A DNA stretch of 64,000 nt from Gemmatimonadales bacterium (GCA_035703525.1 DASSYA010000017.1:171304-235303), one strand, 5' to 3'; positions 1-11,697 are shown, counted from the first letter of the stretch. Program-made: numbers and translations. The notes: generated by a model from the sequence alone, not told the origin.

Positions 1-4
1 AACC

Positions 5-2776
<2,772 letters not shown>

Positions 2777-2883
2777 ACGAGAAGTGAGAAGTGAGAAGTG
2801 AGAACGTCGAAGGCCGGCATCTGTTCCTGATGCCGGCCTTCTGCAGTCCGAGGACTTCTCACTTCTCACTTCTCACTTTTCCC
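2777..2883. repeat. heptad-repeat palindromic element 1: ACGAGAA+GTGAGAAx3, central GC hairpin, then TTCTCACx3+TTTTCCC
   Basis: Read directly and cross-checked against the translation of track ORF 2791..3042. Left array is 2777-2804 and right array 2856-2883. The arms are reverse complements and sit between the acnA stop (2774-2776) and the convergent sigma stop (2886-2888). Confidence 0.9.
2809..2841. terminator. bidirectional intrinsic-terminator-like hairpin
   Basis: Perfect 13-bp stem GAAGGCCGGCATC / GATGCCGGCCTTC with a 7-nt loop TGTTCCT, between two convergent stop codons. It is flanked by pyrimidine/T-containing heptads on both transcribed strands. Confidence 0.6.
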
Positions 2884-2885
2884 CG

Positions 2886-3779
2886 CTACGCGACCAGGTC
2901 CTTCAGCCGCTCCCCCGTCTCACCCTCGCGGAGGCGGATGAGCGCCCGATCGCGGAGCTGGCGGATCCGCTCGCGCGTCACCCCCATCATCCGCCCGATT
3001 TCCTCGAGAGTCCGGGGTTGGCCGTCGTCGAGCCCGAAGTAGAGGCGCAGGACCTTGGCATCGCGCGGCGGGAGCGAATCGAGGGCCGCCTCGATGTCGG
3101 CGCTCTGCGAGTTCGCCATCGTGTTCGCATCGGTCCCCTCCTGCTCGGCCAGCGCGAATCGCTCCATGCGCTCGTTGCCATCCCCCTCACGGGTGGGATG
3201 GTCGAGCCGGACCGCCTCGGTGTTGAGGCTCGAGAGCGAGCGGACGGCCTCCTCGGTCAAGCCGGTGGCGCGGGCAAGCTCATCGACCGTGGGCATCCGC
3301 CCGAGCTTCTCCTTCAGGTAGGTCGTCGTCTTGCCGAGGCGCGACAGGTCGGCCGTCCGGTTGAGCGGCACCCGGACGGGGCGGCCGTGACGGGCGATGG
3401 CGGCCTGGACCGCCTGGCGGATCCACCAGACCGCGTACGAAATGAACTTGACACCGCGATCCGGATCGAACTTCCGTGCTGCCGTCATCAGCCCGAGATT
3501 GCCCTCGCCGATCAGGTCGACGAGCGGCACACCCCGGTTCTGGAACTTCTTGGCCACCGAGACGACGAAGCGCACGTTGTGCCGGGCCAGACGCTCCTGG
3601 GCGAGCACATCGCCCTTGAACGCCTTGCGGGCAAGCTCCATCTCCTCCTCACGGTTGAGGAGCGGAACCCGAGAGATCTCGTCGAGATACAGATCGAGGC
3701 TCTCGCGTCCCTCGTCGACAGCCCGGGCGATCTGGGCCGGACGGAGGGAGCGCCGCTTCCCGCGGGTACGAATGGTCAC
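2886..3779 (-). CDS. RNA polymerase sigma factor, sigma-70 family (short RpoD/SigA-like form, about 297 aa)
   Basis: Region 2 (DLIGEGNLGLMTAARKFDPDRGVKFISYAVWWIRQAV), region 3, and region 4.2 HTH (TLEEIGRMMGVTRERIRQLRDRAL) are present. Start moved to GTG 3779, which follows GAGGAG by 6 nt. The track ORF extends to 3872, but that N-terminal extension is Arg/Gly-rich junk. Confidence 0.85.
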   Translation of the reverse strand: MTIRTRGKRRSLRPAQIARAVDEGRESLDLYLDEISRVPLLNREEEMELARKAFKGDVLAQERLARHNVRFVVSVAKKFQNRGVPLVDLIGEGNLGLMTAARKFDPDRGVKFISYAVWWIRQAVQAAIARHGRPVRVPLNRTADLSRLGKTTTYLKEKLGRMPTVDELARATGLTEEAVRSLSSLNTEAVRLDHPTREGDGNERMERFALAEQEGTDANTMANSQSADIEAALDSLPPRDAKVLRLYFGLDDGQPRTLEEIGRMMGVTRERIRQLRDRALIRLREGETGERLKDLVA

Positions 3780-3884
3780 ATCAGCTCCTCGGCAACGATC
3801 GCTGGCCCCAGACCTCGTCCCATGCCGGACGGGCCCTGCCAGCGCACAGATTCGTTTGGGCCGGACATTCACCCAAAGTCATCA

Positions 3885-3913
3885 AAAATAGCGTCCGGAT
3901 CCAACTCTGGCAA
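3885..3913 (-). promoter_or_regulatory. candidate sigma-70-type promoter for the sigma gene (TTGCCA-N17-TATTTT on minus strand)
   Basis: AT-rich island in a GC-rich background. On the minus strand TTGCCA (3913..3908), a 17-nt spacer, and TATTTT (3890..3885), about 105 nt upstream of GTG 3779. Confidence 0.45.
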
Positions 3914-3986
3914 TTCATGCCGTAACACACTGTGAAACTTCACCCTATATACGCGCGGGCGCGTGAAACGGTTCCGGAAAGGCAGT

Positions 3987-4016
3987 CAGGCCCGGGAGCC
4001 GGGGCTTCCGGGCCTG
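3987..4016 (-). terminator. hairpin downstream of pntB
   Basis: CAGGCCCGGGAGCC..GGCTTCCGGGCCTG, about 14 bp with one mismatch, roughly 57 nt after the pntB stop. On the minus strand it is followed by ACTGCCTTTCC. Confidence 0.45.
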
Positions 4017-4072
4017 CCGCCTTCGGGAGAGGGGACGCGCGAGGGTGCCGAATCGTCACATCTCGCGGGGTC

Positions 4073-5473
4073 CTACAGCGTCTTGATCTCACTGACGAGG
4101 GCGGTGAGTGACCCCTTGGCATCCCCGAACAGCATGGCGGTCCGCGGGTGGAAGAAGAGGGCATTCTCGATCCCGGCGAAGCCCGGATTCATCCCCCGCT
4201 TCATCACGATCACGCTCCGGGCCTTGTCGACGTCGAGGATCGGCATCCCGTAGATGGGGCTGGAGGGATCCGAGCGGGCCGCCGGGTTCACCACATCGTT
4301 GGCGCCGATCACCAGCGCCACGTCGCACTCCTCGAACGCGGGATTGATGTCCTCCATGTCGACCAGCTTGTCATACGGCACATTGGCCTCCGCGAGCAGG
4401 ACGTTCATGTGCCCCGGCATCCGGCCGGCGACGGGGTGGATCGCGTAGCGGACCGTGCCGCCGTTCTTCTCGATCAGGTCGGCCAGCTCCCGGACCGCAT
4501 GCTGAGCCTGGGCCACGGCGAGTCCGTAGCCGGGCACGATGATCACCTGCTGGGCGTAGGCGAGCTGGACGGCGGCGTCCTCGACGCTGACGCTGCGGGC
4601 CACGAGCCCCTCCGAACTGGCCCCACCTCCGGTCGCGGCAGCACTCCCCTGCCCGAAGGCCCCGAAGAGCACGTTCGCCAGTGAGCGGTTCATCGCCTTG
4701 CACATGATCCGGGTCAGGATGATGCCGCTCGAGCCGACCAGCGCGCCGGCGATGATCAACACGTGATTGTTGATCACGAAGCCGGTCATCGCCGCGGCGA
4801 TCCCGGAATAGCTGTTGAGGAGCGATATCACGACCGGCATGTCGGCGCCCCCGATCGGGATCACCAGCAGGACCCCGAGGAGCAGGGACAGGCCGATCAC
4901 CAGGTAGAAGGCCACCGAAAGCGGTGCCACCGTGCTCACTTGCCACCCTGCGAGGCCGATGATGCCGAGACCGATCGCGGCCGTCATCAGCTTCTGGCCG
5001 GTCCATGTGATCGCCCGGCCGGTCATCACCTCCTGCAACTTGGCCCAGGCGATCATCGAACCGCTGAATGTCACGCCACCGATCAGCAGGGAGAGCTGGA
5101 TGACGATGCCGGTCTCCATCGGGATCGCATCGCCGCGGAGCTCGGCTCGCAGGAACTCCGCCCCGGCGACCAGCACCGAGGCGGCACCCCCGAAGCCGTT
5201 GAGCAAGGCGACCAGTTGTGGCATCGAGGTCATCTGCACCGTGCGCGCCATCCAGAGGCCGATCGCACTGCCACCCACGAGGCCGATGCCGATGGCCGAC
5301 CAGCTCACGATCTGCGCATCGAGGAGGGTGACGACGATCGCGATGAGCATGCCCCACGCCGAGAGGCGATTGCCAGCCGGCGCCGTCGCAGGCGAGCCGA
5401 GCCGCTTGAGGCCGACGATGAAGCAGGCGGAGGCGAGCAGGTATCCCAGTTCCGCAAGGACGTGCGGGATCAC
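4073..5473 (-). CDS. pntB: NAD(P) transhydrogenase subunit beta
   Basis: Multi-TM N-terminal part plus C-terminal dIII NADP(H) domain (GYGLAVAQAQHAVRELADLIEKNGGTVRYAIHPVAGRMPGHMNVLLAEANVPY). Start set at GTG 5473 (VIPHVLAELGY...), which overlaps the pntAB stop as GTGA. The 100-aa track extension is rejected. Confidence 0.93.
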   Translation of the reverse strand: MIPHVLAELGYLLASACFIVGLKRLGSPATAPAGNRLSAWGMLIAIVVTLLDAQIVSWSAIGIGLVGGSAIGLWMARTVQMTSMPQLVALLNGFGGAASVLVAGAEFLRAELRGDAIPMETGIVIQLSLLIGGVTFSGSMIAWAKLQEVMTGRAITWTGQKLMTAAIGLGIIGLAGWQVSTVAPLSVAFYLVIGLSLLLGVLLVIPIGGADMPVVISLLNSYSGIAAAMTGFVINNHVLIIAGALVGSSGIILTRIMCKAMNRSLANVLFGAFGQGSAAATGGGASSEGLVARSVSVEDAAVQLAYAQQVIIVPGYGLAVAQAQHAVRELADLIEKNGGTVRYAIHPVAGRMPGHMNVLLAEANVPYDKLVDMEDINPAFEECDVALVIGANDVVNPAARSDPSSPIYGMPILDVDKARSVIVMKRGMNPGFAGIENALFFHPRTAMLFGDAKGSLTALVSEIKTL

Positions 5474-5763
5474 GAGGCGCCCCCGTCCTTCGTGAACATC
5501 CGGAGCATCCGATCCGTCACGGCGTAGCCGCCCACGACATTCATCATCGCGAAGGCGACCGCGCCGATCCCGAACACCGTCGAGATCCAGCCGAATCCCC
5601 CCCCCGCAACCACCAGGGCGCCCACGATCGTGATCCCGCTGATGGCGTTGGACCCGGACATGAGCGGCGTATGCAGGGTCGGGGGCACCCGCTGGATCAG
5701 CTCGAAGCCGAGAAAGGTCGCGAGGGTGAAGATGACAATCCCGATGATGATGCCTTCGCTCAC
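5470..5763 (-). CDS. pntAB: NAD(P) transhydrogenase subunit alpha part 2 (membrane part)
   Basis: About 97-aa hydrophobic protein (SEGIIIGIVIFTLATFLGFELI...MSGSNAISGITIVGALV). GTG 5763 overlaps the pntAA stop (GTGA). This is the classic three-gene pnt layout. Confidence 0.88.
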   Translation of the reverse strand: MSEGIIIGIVIFTLATFLGFELIQRVPPTLHTPLMSGSNAISGITIVGALVVAGGGFGWISTVFGIGAVAFAMMNVVGGYAVTDRMLRMFTKDGGAS

Positions 5764-6869
5764 GTTCCACGCTCCTGGCGGCGAGCGCCCGCGTGCGCGA
5801 GGCACATGGCGCCGGTGATCTCGTCGTCGAGGTCGAGCGTCAGCTCGCCCTTCGGCGCGAGGTGATCGAGGAGGGTCTGCACATTGCGCCCGAACATCTG
5901 CGAGGCGTGTTGGGGCATCGTGCTCGGCAGGTTGAGCGGCCCGAGGATCGCGACGTCCCCATGTCGGACCGTCTCGCCCGGCACCGTGAGCTCGCAGTTG
6001 CCGCCCGTCTCGGCCGAGACATCGACGATCACCGAGCCGGGCCGCATCGAGTCGACCATCGCCCGGGTGATGAGGCGCGGCGCCGGACGGCCCGGAATGG
6101 CCGCCGTCGCGATCACCAGATCCATCGCGTCGATCGCTCCGGCGACGGCCTCCAGCACCTTCTGCTGGGCGGCGTCGGCGAGTTCCTTGGCATACCCGCC
6201 ACGCGTTTCCGCGTCGGTCCCGACCGCCTCGGGCGCCAGGAACCTGGCCCCGAGCGACGCAACCTGCTCCGCCGCTGCGGGCCGGACATCGAATCCGGTG
6301 ACCACCGCGCCCAATCGGCGCGCCGTCGCGATCGCCTGCAGGCCCGCCACCCCGGCGCCCAGGATCAGGACCTTGGCCGGCGCGATCGACCCGGCGGCCG
6401 TCGTGAGCATGGGGAGGAAGCGCGGCAGCTGGCTCGCGCCCACCAGCACCGCCTCGTAGCCGGCAACCGTGGCCTGGGACGAGAGGACATCCATCGATTG
6501 GGCACGCGTGATCCGGGGCACCCGTTCGAGGGCCAGCACGGTGACTCGACGGGTGTTGAGCACCTCGAGCGATCCCTCGCCGGCTGTGCCGATCAGCGCG
6601 ATCAGGACCGCCGACTCTGCCAGGCGAGCGGACCGAGCCGGGTCAGGCGCCTGCACGGCGACGACGAGCTCGGCGGATTCGGCGGCAGCGGCATCACCGA
6701 GGACACAGCCGGCCTCCTCGTAGAGGAGATCGGGGAATGACGCGGCCGCTCCCGCACCGCGTTCGACGACGATGCTCGATCCGGCCTTGATGAGACGGCG
6801 GGCGGCATCGGGGGTGAGGGCGACACGTCGTTCGCGTGGAGCGGTTTCCTTGAGCACACCAATGCGCAT
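5760..6869 (-). CDS. pntAA: NAD(P) transhydrogenase subunit alpha part 1 (alanine dehydrogenase/PNT domain)
   Basis: MRIGVLKETAPRERRVALTP... N-terminus and Rossmann motif VLILGAGVAGLQAIATARRLGA. The ATG at 6869 was confirmed by codon arithmetic. The upstream 200 aa of the track ORF are rejected. Confidence 0.92.
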   Translation of the reverse strand: MRIGVLKETAPRERRVALTPDAARRLIKAGSSIVVERGAGAAASFPDLLYEEAGCVLGDAAAAESAELVVAVQAPDPARSARLAESAVLIALIGTAGEGSLEVLNTRRVTVLALERVPRITRAQSMDVLSSQATVAGYEAVLVGASQLPRFLPMLTTAAGSIAPAKVLILGAGVAGLQAIATARRLGAVVTGFDVRPAAAEQVASLGARFLAPEAVGTDAETRGGYAKELADAAQQKVLEAVAGAIDAMDLVIATAAIPGRPAPRLITRAMVDSMRPGSVIVDVSAETGGNCELTVPGETVRHGDVAILGPLNLPSTMPQHASQMFGRNVQTLLDHLAPKGELTLDLDDEITGAMCLAHAGARRQERGT

Positions 6870-6950
6870 CGACCGTATCTCCTGACAGGATCGGGGGGAA
6901 TGACAGCATCGACACATGGCCGAGCCATCTGCGAAGCTACCGGGCATTGG

Positions 6951-6980
6951 TTGGACTTTCAACGCGAGGGGTGGTAGCGT
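6951..6980 (+). promoter_or_regulatory. candidate promoter giving a leaderless thrA mRNA (TTGGAC-N18-TAGCGT-N6-ATG)
   Basis: A -35-like TTGGAC (6951-6956) and a -10-like TAGCGT (6975-6980) end 6 nt before ATG 6987. There is no Shine-Dalgarno sequence in between. Confidence 0.3.
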
Positions 6981-6986
6981 AGCCGC

Positions 6987-9494
6987 ATGGCCACTCGACC
7001 AGCGCGTCCATCGATCCACAAGTTCGGGGGTGCCGCGCTCAAGGACGCGGGGTCCATGCTGGCCGTGACCCGGATCCTGGCCGAGCAGCCCACCCCACAG
7101 ATCGTCGTGGTCTCCGCGCTCGCCGGGGTCACGGATGCGTTGCTCGATCTGATCGCGGTCGCTGAATCGGGCGACCAGTCGGGTGCCGTCGGGCGAGCGG
7201 ATGCATTCCGCGCTCGTCACGAATCCTTCCTCGCCGCCCTGCTCCCGGCCACCCGCCGGGCGCCGATCCAGGCCGCGATCACCGAGATGAGTGACGAGCT
7301 CGTCGGATTGGCGCGGGCGCTGGCGGTCCTCCGGGAGGCATCGCCGCGGCTCCGGGATCATATCGTGGCCCGGGGCGAGCGGTTGAGCGCCCTGCTGCTT
7401 GCCGGTGCGTTGAGTCGCGCTCGCCAACCGGCCGAAGCGGTCGACCCTGGCGCGGTGATCATCACTGACGGCCCCCATGGCGGCGCCGCCCCGGTGGTCG
7501 ACGCGACCAGACGCGCGGCCCGGGCCACGCTTGAGCCGATGCTCGCTCGCGGAGTGACGCCGGTGATCCCGGGATTCCTGGGCCGCGCGCCGGGCGGTGG
7601 TCTCGCCACCCTTGGACGCGGTGGTTCCGATCTGACGGCGACGTCGCTCGGTCGGGCGATGACGTCACCCCAGGTCACCCTCTGGAAGGATGTCCCGGGC
7701 CTGCTCACGGCCGACCCGCGGATCGTCCCGGATGCCCGGCTCCTCGAGTTGGTGCACCCCACCGAAGCCGCCGAGCTCGCCTATTACGGCGCCAACGTCC
7801 TGCACCCGCGGGCGCTGCTTCCGCTTGCGGGCACCCGGACGGCGCTCCGCGTCCGTCCCTTCGGTGATCCGACCGCACCGGGGACCGAGATCAGTGCACG
7901 GCGAGAGAGCGCCCCGCCCCCGGTACGCTCGTTGTCGGCCGTGCGCGACCAGGCGCTGGTCACGGTGTCGGGCTCGGGCATCCTTGGTGTGCCGGGCATG
8001 TCGGCCCGCACGTTCGGCGCGCTTCAGGCGGCCGACATTTCCGTCTCACTGATCGCCCAGGCCTCGTCGGAGTACACGATCGACTTCACGGTGCCCGACG
8101 AGGTCGCGGAGCATGCCGTGGAGGTCCTGCATCGTGCCTTCCGCGCGGAGATTGCCCACGGGGAGCTCGAGGCGGTCCGGACACGGCGTGGGGTCGCGAT
8201 CCTGGCGGTGGTCGGGCTCCGGATGGCCGGGCATCCGGGCATCGCCGCCCGCGTCTTCGAGGCGCTCGAGCTGGCCGAGGTGAACGTGGTGGCGATCGCC
8301 CAGGGGTCGTCGGAGCACAACATCTCGATCGTGGTGGACACCGGCGCGGTCCCGGCCGGTCTTCGCCGCATCCATGCCGCGTTCCAGCTCGGCAAGGAGG
8401 GGGGGGGACGCCCGCGGCGGCGGACCGGCAAGGATGTGGTGTTGCTGGGCGCCGGGACCATCGGACGGGCGACCCTCGAGATGCTCGCGGCCGCCCCGGC
8501 ACGGTTCGGGATGCTGCGCGTGGTGGCGGTGGTCGATCGGACGGGGATGGTCGCGGATGCGGGCGGCTTCGACCCGGTGGCCCTGCGCGCGATTGCGGCG
8601 TGCAAGCGGGCTGGGGGGGGGGTCGCCGGTCTCCCGGGCGGGGTGCGCGGCACGCCGGCGGCGGTCCTCGCCACCCTGGCCCAGCAGGCGCTGATCCGTC
8701 CCGTGATCGCGGACCTCACCGCGGATGACAGCACGGCACTGCTCACGATGGTGGCGCGCGCCGGATTCGATGTGGTGCTCGCCAACAAACGGCCGGTCGC
8801 GGGGCCGTGGACCGAGTACCGGGCACTCCGCGATGCCTTGGCCGCCCACGGGGGCCGACTCCGTCACGAGGCGACGGTGGGCGCCGGGCTGCCCCTCGTG
8901 CTGGCGGTGGACCAGTTGCTGCGCACGGGCGACCGGGTGCACCGGCTCGAGGGCGTGCTCTCGGGGACCCTGGCCGCAGTGCTGACCAGCCTTGAGGATG
9001 GGGTCCCCTTCTCCGAGGCCGTCCTGGCGGCCGAGTCCGCCGGGATGACCGAACCGGATCCGCGCGACGACCTGCACGGCACCGACGTGGCCCGCAAGGC
9101 GCTCATTCTCGCCCGCATGCTCGGACAGCATCGCGAACTCCATGAGGTCGCGACCGAATCCCTCGTGCGCGGCACGGGAGGCGGTACCATGGCAGCCTGG
9201 CGGAAGACGCTTGCCCGGGATGATGCCTGGTGGCAGGCGCGCGTGGTCAGGGCCCGCGACAAGGGGAAGGTGTTGCGATACGTCGCCTCGATCACGGCCA
9301 GCAAGACCGAGGTGGGCCTCCACGAGGTCCCTCACGACCATCCGCTCGGTCAACTGCGCGGTCCGTCGAACCGGTTGGTGATCACCTCGGACCGCTACCA
9401 CGCGCATCCACTGGTGATCACCGGTCCCGGGGCCGGTCCGGAGGTCACGGCGACCGGCGTCGTGGCGGACCTCCTCTCCCTGACGGGCGCATGA
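6987..9494 (+). CDS. thrA: bifunctional aspartate kinase / homoserine dehydrogenase
   Basis: 835 aa. N-terminal amino-acid kinase domain (IHKFGGAALKDAGS), ACT-like middle region, and C-terminal homoserine dehydrogenase (EATVGAGLPLV). Followed by thrB and thrC with ATGA overlaps. Confidence 0.92.
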   Translation: MATRPARPSIHKFGGAALKDAGSMLAVTRILAEQPTPQIVVVSALAGVTDALLDLIAVAESGDQSGAVGRADAFRARHESFLAALLPATRRAPIQAAITEMSDELVGLARALAVLREASPRLRDHIVARGERLSALLLAGALSRARQPAEAVDPGAVIITDGPHGGAAPVVDATRRAARATLEPMLARGVTPVIPGFLGRAPGGGLATLGRGGSDLTATSLGRAMTSPQVTLWKDVPGLLTADPRIVPDARLLELVHPTEAAELAYYGANVLHPRALLPLAGTRTALRVRPFGDPTAPGTEISARRESAPPPVRSLSAVRDQALVTVSGSGILGVPGMSARTFGALQAADISVSLIAQASSEYTIDFTVPDEVAEHAVEVLHRAFRAEIAHGELEAVRTRRGVAILAVVGLRMAGHPGIAARVFEALELAEVNVVAIAQGSSEHNISIVVDTGAVPAGLRRIHAAFQLGKEGGGRPRRRTGKDVVLLGAGTIGRATLEMLAAAPARFGMLRVVAVVDRTGMVADAGGFDPVALRAIAACKRAGGGVAGLPGGVRGTPAAVLATLAQQALIRPVIADLTADDSTALLTMVARAGFDVVLANKRPVAGPWTEYRALRDALAAHGGRLRHEATVGAGLPLVLAVDQLLRTGDRVHRLEGVLSGTLAAVLTSLEDGVPFSEAVLAAESAGMTEPDPRDDLHGTDVARKALILARMLGQHRELHEVATESLVRGTGGGTMAAWRKTLARDDAWWQARVVRARDKGKVLRYVASITASKTEVGLHEVPHDHPLGQLRGPSNRLVITSDRYHAHPLVITGPGAGPEVTATGVVADLLSLTGA

Positions 9495-10414
9495 CACGGC
9501 CCGGTGTGGTAGCCACTGCGCCGGGATCGATCGGCAATGTCGGGCCCGGCCTCGATATCCTCGGGCTGGCCGTCGCCGGGCCCGGCGACTCGGTGCATGC
9601 CGACTTCGGCTCCGGCTCGGGCATTGTGGTCCTGGACGCCGGTCACCCCGAACTCCCGCGCGACCCGACCCGCAACACCGCCGCGATTGCGGCAGCGGCC
9701 GTGAGTCGCCTGCTCGGCAACACACGCGGCCTCGCGTTGTCGGTCACCAAGGGTCTCCCGCTGTCCGGGGGGCAAGGCGGCAGCGCGGCCTCGGCGATCG
9801 GGGGCGCAGTCGCCACCGATGCATTGCTGGGGGGGGGACTCACCACGGCCCAGCTGCTTGCCTGTGCCCTCGAGGCGGAGGCGACCGTGGCCGGGCGCCA
9901 CCTCGACAACCTCGCCCCGTCGCTCCTGGGCGGACTGGTGCTCGTCCGGACGCTCGACCCGATCGAGGTGGTGCGCCTCACCCTGCCACCCGACCTGCAG
10001 GTGGTGCTGGTGCACCCGGCCCAGCGCATGCGGACGCGGGACGCGCGGGCCGTGCTCCCGGCGAGCCTCCCACGGGAGGTGGCACTCCAGCAGGCCGCCA
10101 ACGTCGCGGCGATGGTGGCCGGGGCATGTCTCGGGGACATGGCGCTCTTCGGTCGTGCCATCGACGATCGGATCGCCGAGCCGGTGCGAGCCCCCCTGCT
10201 TCCGGGCTTCCAGGCGGCCCGGGACGCTGCGCACGCAGCCGGGGCGCTGGGGTGCTCGATCAGCGGTGCCGGGCCGACGGCGTTCGCCTTCGCTGCGGAC
10301 CCTGACATCGCCGCCCGGGTGGCGCAGGCGATGACGGCGGCCTATCGTGCCGACGGTCTCGCTGCCTCCGCCACCATCACGCAGGTCGATCACCAAGGAG
10401 CCCGCCTCTCATGA
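9491..10414 (+). CDS. thrB: homoserine kinase
   Basis: GHMP kinase motifs GSIGNVGPGLDILG and PLSGGQGGSAASAIGG. ATG 9491 overlaps the thrA stop (ATGA). The track ORF start at 9230 is rejected. Confidence 0.9.
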   Translation: MTRPGVVATAPGSIGNVGPGLDILGLAVAGPGDSVHADFGSGSGIVVLDAGHPELPRDPTRNTAAIAAAAVSRLLGNTRGLALSVTKGLPLSGGQGGSAASAIGGAVATDALLGGGLTTAQLLACALEAEATVAGRHLDNLAPSLLGGLVLVRTLDPIEVVRLTLPPDLQVVLVHPAQRMRTRDARAVLPASLPREVALQQAANVAAMVAGACLGDMALFGRAIDDRIAEPVRAPLLPGFQAARDAAHAAGALGCSISGAGPTAFAFAADPDIAARVAQAMTAAYRADGLAASATITQVDHQGARLS

Positions 10415-11697
10415 ACCCAACCGGTGCGGTGATCGTCCGATGCGAGGGATGTGATCGCGACTTCCCCGATACCACGGCCGCGGTGCGCTGCCCCTGTGGT
10501 GGCCTGCTCACTGTGGTGCACGACCCCGCCGCACGGGGGGGGGAGCTCCGGGCGATGTTCGACGAGGCCTGCTGCGCCCGCCCGTCACGCACCGCCTCCG
10601 GCGTCTGGCGATTCGGGCCGATTGTGCACCCGAGCGCCATGGACGATGCCGTGTCCCATCCCGAGGGCCACACGCCGGTGATGCAGCGCGACCGCCTCTC
10701 CGCCTGGACCGGGATTGACGGCTTTCACGTCAAGCACGAGGGGTACAACCCGACCGGATCGTTCAAGGACCGCGGGATGACCGTCGCCATGACCCAGGCG
10801 CGTCGCACGGGCGCCACGGCGGTCGCGTGTGCCTCGACGGGCAACACCTCGGCGTCGCTGGCGGCGTACGCATCTCAGGCCGGACTCGACCCGCTGGTCT
10901 TCGTCCCCGAGGGTCAGGTCGCGGTGGGCAAGTTGGCCCAGTCGCTCGCCTATGGTGCCCGTACCCTGATGGTGCGAGGAGACTTCGACGCCTGCCTCAG
11001 CCTCGTGCAGGATGCGGGGGAGGCGCTCGGGATCTACCTGGTCAACTCGATCAATCCCTTCCGGCTCGAGGGTCAGAAGACCATCGTCCTCGAGCTGCTG
11101 CGCCAGTGGAATTGGGCCCCCCCGGAGTGGATCGTCTTGCCGGCCGGCAACCTCGGCAACACGGCCGCCTTCGGGAAGGCCCTTGAGGAGGCCCACGCCT
11201 GGGGCCTCATCGCCAGGATCCCGCGTCTTGCGGCCATCCAGGCCGCGGGGGCGGCGCCGTTCGCGGCCGCGTTTGCACGCGGCTTCGATCATCTGGTGCC
11301 GGTGCACGCCGAGACGCTCGCCACCGCCATCAGGATCGGGGCCCCGGCATCGTACCACCGGGCCGTTCGAGCCATCCGGGCGACCAACGGGGTGGTCATG
11401 GCGCTCGACGATGCAACCATCCTGGCCGCGAAGGCGGAGGTGGATGCCGCGGGAATCGGGGCAGAGCCCGCCAGTGCCGCATCGGTGGCTGGGGCCCGGG
11501 CTCTTCGGGCGAGCGGGCTCATCGCCACGAGGGATCGGGTTGTGGCGATCCTGACCGGTCATCTGCTCAAGGACCCCGGGATCATCGAACGGATGCACGG
11601 CACGCCGCCGCTTGTCCCGCACCCCAACCGACCGGTGACGATCGAACCGACCCTCGAAGCCCTCCGGACCGTCCTCGCCTCCCGGGCAGCCCCCTGA
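10411..11697 (+). CDS. thrC: threonine synthase
   Basis: PLP-lysine motif NPTGSFKDRG, an N-terminal Cys-rich zinc-ribbon-like segment, and an ATGA overlap with thrB. Confidence 0.92.
   Translation: MNPTGAVIVRCEGCDRDFPDTTAAVRCPCGGLLTVVHDPAARGGELRAMFDEACCARPSRTASGVWRFGPIVHPSAMDDAVSHPEGHTPVMQRDRLSAWTGIDGFHVKHEGYNPTGSFKDRGMTVAMTQARRTGATAVACASTGNTSASLAAYASQAGLDPLVFVPEGQVAVGKLAQSLAYGARTLMVRGDFDACLSLVQDAGEALGIYLVNSINPFRLEGQKTIVLELLRQWNWAPPEWIVLPAGNLGNTAAFGKALEEAHAWGLIARIPRLAAIQAAGAAPFAAAFARGFDHLVPVHAETLATAIRIGAPASYHRAVRAIRATNGVVMALDDATILAAKAEVDAAGIGAEPASAASVAGARALRASGLIATRDRVVAILTGHLLKDPGIIERMHGTPPLVPHPNRPVTIEPTLEALRTVLASRAAP

Noticed and set aside
5474-5770. N-terminal extensions in the longest-ORF track. 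Examples: pntB 565 aa, pntAA 572 aa, thrB 394 aa, sigma 328 aa, aguB as part of a 726-aa ORF, the DUF3185-like gene as part of a 433-aa ORF, and the small protein as part of a 377-aa ORF.
   Set aside because: The extensions overlap the preceding gene or the opposite-strand gene, are compositionally junk, and bypass well-placed internal starts with an SD or a start/stop overlap. Homologue N-termini match the shorter forms.
8399-8407. Many G or C runs of 8-10 nt inside CDSs, considered as phase-variation tracts. Examples: about 5597, 8399, 8613, 9829, 10535, 18093, 25112, 33614, 35253, 42630, 46518, 48652 and 56181.
   Set aside because: With G and C each at roughly 0.35, my rough estimate is about 10 runs of 9 or more in 2 x 64 kb by chance, which is close to what I see. 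All are in frame, encode Gly-Gly-Gly or Pro-Pro-Pro in linker-like regions, and lie in housekeeping genes. They remain sequencing-error-prone sites.
8046-9725. Very long ORFs antisense to real genes. Examples: 8046..9725 (559 aa, opposite thrA), 14486..16255, 19697..21148, 24686..26059, 32878..35148 (756 aa), 36950..39244 (764 aa), 45412..47334, 55776..57035 and 58012..59727.
   Set aside because: These are typical high-GC artefacts. They are Arg/Gly/Pro/Asp-rich with no recognisable domains or motifs. Each lies opposite a gene with unambiguous family signatures and proper SD and start context.
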